Part shown: positions 60,216 through 64,000 of the stretch, piece after piece
Layout: the number at the start of each line of letters is the position of its first letter
Numbering within the stretch: the stretch's first letter is position 1
Assembly (NCBI RefSeq): GCF_947495825.1
Contig: NZ_CANMAH010000003.1
Coordinates: forward strand, 225,065 to 289,064
DNA: 64,000 bases
From: an uncultured Psychrobacter sp.
GTDB lineage: Bacteria; Pseudomonadota; Gammaproteobacteria; Pseudomonadales; Moraxellaceae
Direction of reading: 5' to 3'
Notes under the pieces: model-generated
What the model was told of the DNA's origin: nothing
Databases searched by the model: none
What the model saw: the letters and a program-made list of their open reading frames with translations, nothing else
Made by a program: the position numbers and the translations under genes

Positions 60216-61988
60216 TTGACGATAAGCAGTCAACCTTGTATAGCCAAAAAACGCTATGGCCATCAGCAGCTAATAGAACAGGACATATCTTTGAATTATT
60301 CAAATCGTTTTTTAAGCCTTGAATCTACAACAAACCAGCGTGCAGTCGACACGCCGCATACGCGATTGTGGACGTTATCCCAGCTATATAAAAAGCCTAC
60401 ATTACGATATGCAGGCCTGCTTATGTTCTCAATGCTAGTTGGCCATCAGAGCTACGCTGCTACTGTTACCTCGCAGCCGACAACACCATCAACGCCATCA
60501 GCATTAATGACTGGCTCAACGTATGGCACTTGGCAAACTGAAAAACCTGATGAGTTACAGCTACCAAATTTGCAAGGTCAGGGTCTAAGCTTCGCTGACC
60601 AGTATCAAAACAAACTACTGGGTGAGTGGTCACTACAAAATATCAATGGTCGTGCCAAGATGGAGCATGATCCTTGGGTGCAAGAAACCATAAAAGACAT
60701 GACATGGCGCCTCAATGCCCAAGTACGGCAGCAAGCACCTTTAGCCGTGGTCATCATTGATAACCCAAGTATCAATGCCTTTGCCGCGCCAGGGGGCGTT
60801 ATAGGTATCAATACAGGAACGATACTAGCTGCCAGCAGCATGGATGAGCTGGCAAGCGTCGTGGCTCATGAAGTGGCTCACATTAGCCAGCGTCATTACG
60901 AAAGCGGTACCGATGAGCGCAAAAAAGCCATGTTGATGCAAATAGGCGGCATGCTGGCAGCTATTGCTGCTTCAGCAGCCGATGGTGATGCTGGTGCCGC
61001 TGTCATGATGGGCAGCCAAACCGCTGCCATGAACAGTAGCATGGCTTTTAGCCGTAATAATGAGCGCGAGGCTGACCGCGTGGGTATGCAGATTATGACG
61101 CAGGCAGGTTATGACCCAAGGGCGATGCCGAGATTCTTTGCCACAATGAACCAGCAAAACCAGTTAAATCAAGTTGCCAATCGCTTTTTGCCAAGCTTTG
61201 TACGCTCGCATCCGCTTAGTAATGAACGCCTAAGCGAGTCACAAAGCCGAGCTCAGCGTTATCCCTCTTTATCATTGACCCAACAGCAGCGTCATCAAGC
61301 TTTATTTGATCTGCTTTATTGGCGAGTACAGACGACGGGCCAGCATGTCTCAGAGACAGCTTTAACGACTGCTGCCAAAAATAGCGTTGGGGCAAAGCTG
61401 GCATTGATGCATTGGTATGGCGAGCAGCAGCGCTTTGATGATGCCAACGACATACTCGCAGAGCTAAACAAACTGCCCGCGGCGCAGCGTCAAAGACTAG
61501 AGCCACTATTATCGATTACTCATAGCCAATTGTTAACTGAGCAAGGTAATTGGTCAAAGGCCGCAGACGTATTGGCAGAGCAACAGCGCCTTTATCCTGA
61601 GCGCCGCGATTTGCGTTTGTATTTGGCAGAGGCGCTGACCAATAGTAACCAGCCGACCCAAGCACAAGCGCTACTCAAACCTTTGACCCAGCAGCAGCCA
61701 AGCGATCGCTACGCGTGGCAAAGCCTACAGCTGGCTAATGAAAAGCTGGCCAAAACCGCTACATCGCCACAAGTTGCCCGTATCGCTACGATTAACGCGC
61801 TTCGTTATCGCAGTCATGATCAGCTATGGAATGGCCGTTACGAGTCGGCACTTATCTCACTTACGCAGGCCAAGCAGTTAACTGAGCAATTACAAGCTGG
61901 GGCACAGAGCAGCAGTGCTCGTCCATTATTAGCAAGTATTAAACAGGAGATTAAAAACGTAAAAACCGCCAAAGACTTTAAACCTTAG
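60216..61988 (+). CDS. M48 family metalloprotease with C-terminal TPR region (BepA/YfgC-like)
   Basis: The zinc motif is HEVAHISQRH and the downstream glutamate lies in NEREADRVG. The C-terminal half is TPR-like. The listed start is TTG and the true start is uncertain. Confidence 0.8.
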   Translation: MTISSQPCIAKKRYGHQQLIEQDISLNYSNRFLSLESTTNQRAVDTPHTRLWTLSQLYKKPTLRYAGLLMFSMLVGHQSYAATVTSQPTTPSTPSALMTGSTYGTWQTEKPDELQLPNLQGQGLSFADQYQNKLLGEWSLQNINGRAKMEHDPWVQETIKDMTWRLNAQVRQQAPLAVVIIDNPSINAFAAPGGVIGINTGTILAASSMDELASVVAHEVAHISQRHYESGTDERKKAMLMQIGGMLAAIAASAADGDAGAAVMMGSQTAAMNSSMAFSRNNEREADRVGMQIMTQAGYDPRAMPRFFATMNQQNQLNQVANRFLPSFVRSHPLSNERLSESQSRAQRYPSLSLTQQQRHQALFDLLYWRVQTTGQHVSETALTTAAKNSVGAKLALMHWYGEQQRFDDANDILAELNKLPAAQRQRLEPLLSITHSQLLTEQGNWSKAADVLAEQQRLYPERRDLRLYLAEALTNSNQPTQAQALLKPLTQQQPSDRYAWQSLQLANEKLAKTATSPQVARIATINALRYRSHDQLWNGRYESALISLTQAKQLTEQLQAGAQSSSARPLLASIKQEIKNVKTAKDFKP

Positions 61989-62030
61989 GCGGTTGTTTAT
62001 ATAGTATCTGCTATGATTAAACGGTCGCGA

Positions 62031-62480
62031 TTAGCCTTGTAGTGCTTCTTTGACCAGCTTAGAGATAACAGCAGGGTCAGCGCGACCAGCAGTTTTATTT
62101 TTAAGTACGCCCATGACGCTACCCATATCACGCATCGATGTTGCGCCTTGTTCTTTGATTTCTGCATTGACCAAGGCGGCAAGCTCAGCATCATCCATCT
62201 GTTTTGGCATAAACTCGTTGATGATATCAATCTCAAACTGCTCTTTGGTCGCTAGGTCGTCACGGCTATTTTTAGTAAAGATAGCCAATGACTCTTGGCG
62301 TTGTTTTAGCTGCTTTTGTAGCACTTCTAAGACGCCTGCATCATCAAGCTCTTTTTGACGGTCAATCTCGATTTGTTTGATGACCGCTTGCACATTGCGT
62401 AGTACTTTGACGCGCTCAAGCTCACGCGCTTTCATAGAAGCTTTGACACTGTCCGATAAGTTTTGTTTAAGTTGGCTCAC
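62031..62480 (-). CDS. GatB/YqeY domain-containing protein
   Basis: The YqeY-like pattern runs throughout (LKQNLSDSVKASMKARE...RADPAVISKLVKEAL). Confidence 0.85.
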   Translation of the reverse strand: MSQLKQNLSDSVKASMKARELERVKVLRNVQAVIKQIEIDRQKELDDAGVLEVLQKQLKQRQESLAIFTKNSRDDLATKEQFEIDIINEFMPKQMDDAELAALVNAEIKEQGATSMRDMGSVMGVLKNKTAGRADPAVISKLVKEALQG

Positions 62481-62594
62481 TATTATTATCCTTATTCGTT
62501 AAATTTTATTCATTAGGCTTTTAAAAGAGGCAGTTTTTAATTGACTCGTTAATAAAAGCCTGTGTAAACAACAGCAATGACAAAAATTGTAGCA

Positions 62595-62633
62595 TAAAAA
62601 ACGCCACTGTTATTCATCGATAACAGTGGCGTT
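62595..62633 (-). terminator. rpsU rho-independent terminator
   Basis: An A-tract on the + strand is followed by a perfect 14-bp stem aacgccactgttat/ataacagtggcgtt with a 6-nt loop. Confidence 0.8.
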
Positions 62634-62669
62634 AGTGTAGCGCTTGTACTTAACTAATCGTATTATTGA

Positions 62670-62885
62670 TTAGTACATACGAGTGGTACGAATAGTTTCG
62701 CGTTGTAGTTTTTTCTTATAACGCTTTACGGCAGCAGCTTTTTTACGTTTGCGTACTTGCGTTGGCTTTTCATAAAACTCACGCTTACGTACGTCTGATA
62801 ATACACCGGCTTTTTCACAAGCACGTTTGAAACGGCGGATAGCGATATCAACTGGTTCGTTTTCTTTAACCTTAACTGCAGGCAT
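62670..62885 (-). CDS. rpsU: 30S ribosomal protein S21
   Basis: [28 protein letters not shown] is near-identical in pattern to bacterial S21. Confidence 0.95.
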
Positions 62886-63280
62886 GAAGACTCCTTGATT
62901 AGGATGAGATATAAGGGCATTAGTTCGGCTGTGTATTAGTATTTAGCCGTAATATCTCAAGATTACCGGCATCAGCTCAAACTAGGATAATTTTGCGCTA
63001 TAGCACAAGGGCAGGTATTTTAATAAAAAATGGCAACAAAGTCAATGCTTTTAGTACATCTAACTATCGGTGCTGTTATGTAAGATGGATGATAAATATA
63101 CACCTTTGTCCATGTTATAAATCTTTGTAACCTCGATTGAAGCTAAATAAATGAGGATAAGTGTAAGAACAAAAAACCCTTACTGCGTATAACGGTTTGG
63201 TTTGAGTTTATGCTATGATAATTCCCATATAGCAGTAGGCATATTCAAGATGATGTGTCCATTTTATTAAGGGTGTTGGA

Positions 63281-63682
63281 ATGAAAAAAACAGTACTAAA
63301 TACAGCGTTAAGTGCGGCAATGGTTGTTACTCTTGGGCTTGGCGTTACCGCCTGTAGTGGTGATAAAGAAGGCGAATCTCATGAGGTCTTAGCAGTAGAT
63401 AGAGTGGAGGAAGCCGCTGAACTGGCTCGTCAAAATGCACCTGAAGCTGAAGACATGGAGTTTCCAGAGACAGCGCCAATGCCTGTAGAGGGAGAGACTG
63501 CAGTAGACGGTACAGAAGCAGGAGCTACTACGACTACAGAAGAAGGCATGACTGAGCCTGCTACGGCAGAAGCTACTGCTGATGATACCAATACAGACGC
63601 CGCGGTGGCGGATAATGCAAATATGCCAGCTACTGATGCCGAAACAACAGAGAGCGACGCTGAGCCAGCGACGACTGAATAG
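63281..63682 (+). CDS. Acidic low-complexity lipoprotein
   Basis: The signal peptide has the lipobox LGVTAC. The mature part is rich in E, A, T and D. Confidence 0.6.
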   Translation: MKKTVLNTALSAAMVVTLGLGVTACSGDKEGESHEVLAVDRVEEAAELARQNAPEAEDMEFPETAPMPVEGETAVDGTEAGATTTTEEGMTEPATAEATADDTNTDAAVADNANMPATDAETTESDAEPATTE

Positions 63683-63728
63683 CTGCTCATATAAGCTGCT
63701 TATATAAACTACGAAAGGAGCTGTGCTG

Positions 63729-64000
63729 ATGATAAAAAAACTAACTTTATCTGCTTTTGGTATTGGCACATTGTTGTTATTGAGCGCTTGTAGTGGTGAC
63801 AATACCACTGCTGAAGAGCCTACTACAGTCAATGAGTCAACCGAGACCAGTATGGCGGTAGAAGAAGCGCCTATAACAGATCCCGAAGCGTCTGAGACTG
63901 TGACGTCTGAGACCATGACGTCTGAGCCTGTGGTTGAAGCTGAGCCAATTGAAGTGGCGATGGCTGAAGAAGTAGAACAAAAAACAGCTGCTGAGCCTGA
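63729..64000 (+). CDS. Acidic low-complexity lipoprotein, 3'-truncated by the window edge
   Basis: This ORF is not in the ORF track because it has no stop in the window. From ATG 63729 it reads MIKKLTLSAFGIGTLLLLSACSGDNTTAEEP... and stays open to nt 64000. The lipobox is LLSAC. Confidence 0.55.
   Translation, partial: MIKKLTLSAFGIGTLLLLSACSGDNTTAEEPTTVNESTETSMAVEEAPITDPEASETVTSETMTSEPVVEAEPIEVAMAEEVEQKTAAEP

Noticed and set aside
63389-63916. 175-aa and 86-aa ORFs on the minus strand
   Set aside because: They are antisense to the low-complexity acidic lipoprotein genes and arise from compositional bias.

Overview
This is a 64-kb chromosomal segment of a gammaproteobacterium. Gene content and style point to Moraxellaceae, probably Psychrobacter-like, which is an inference. 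The clues are very AT-rich intergenic regions, extended RpoN and RpoH, and the ackA-pta, kbl-tdh and lptM-lysA-dapF-xerC arrangements. Most of the window is housekeeping: a truncated class V aminotransferase, a YeeE/YedE pair, an acyl-CoA synthetase next to fadH, lplA, acs, pgsA, purL, tdh-kbl, nadD-rsfS, ackA-pta, lysA-dapF-xerC, rpoN-hpf, thiS, rpoH and rpsU. I found no rRNA, tRNA or CRISPR array.

Three short, strongly AT-rich single-gene islets interrupt this backbone.
- 6.6-7.6 kb: a protein with two TM helices and a coiled coil.
- 10.2-11.2 kb: a DUF2971 gene bracketed by inverted REP-like hairpins.
- 32.4-37.1 kb: the most notable one, between purL and tdh. It carries an IS5-family transposase remnant, a truncated DinB-like gene, and a lone 1,276-aa ORF. 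That ORF has an N-terminal DUF4365-like (PD-(D/E)xK-type) nuclease module, a long TPR-like helical-repeat body and a C-terminal region with PIN-like acidic motifs. It has no Walker A motif. I consider it the best candidate for an undescribed single-gene conflict/defence system.

A second cluster worth a look lies at 21.5-25.2 kb. It encodes an amidase, a NodB-fold hydrolase, a small CxxC protein and a COG0523-type G3E P-loop protein that has lost its CxCC metal motif, its switch I motif and its NKxD motif.

All product calls come from motif recognition by eye in the supplied translations. No database search was run.
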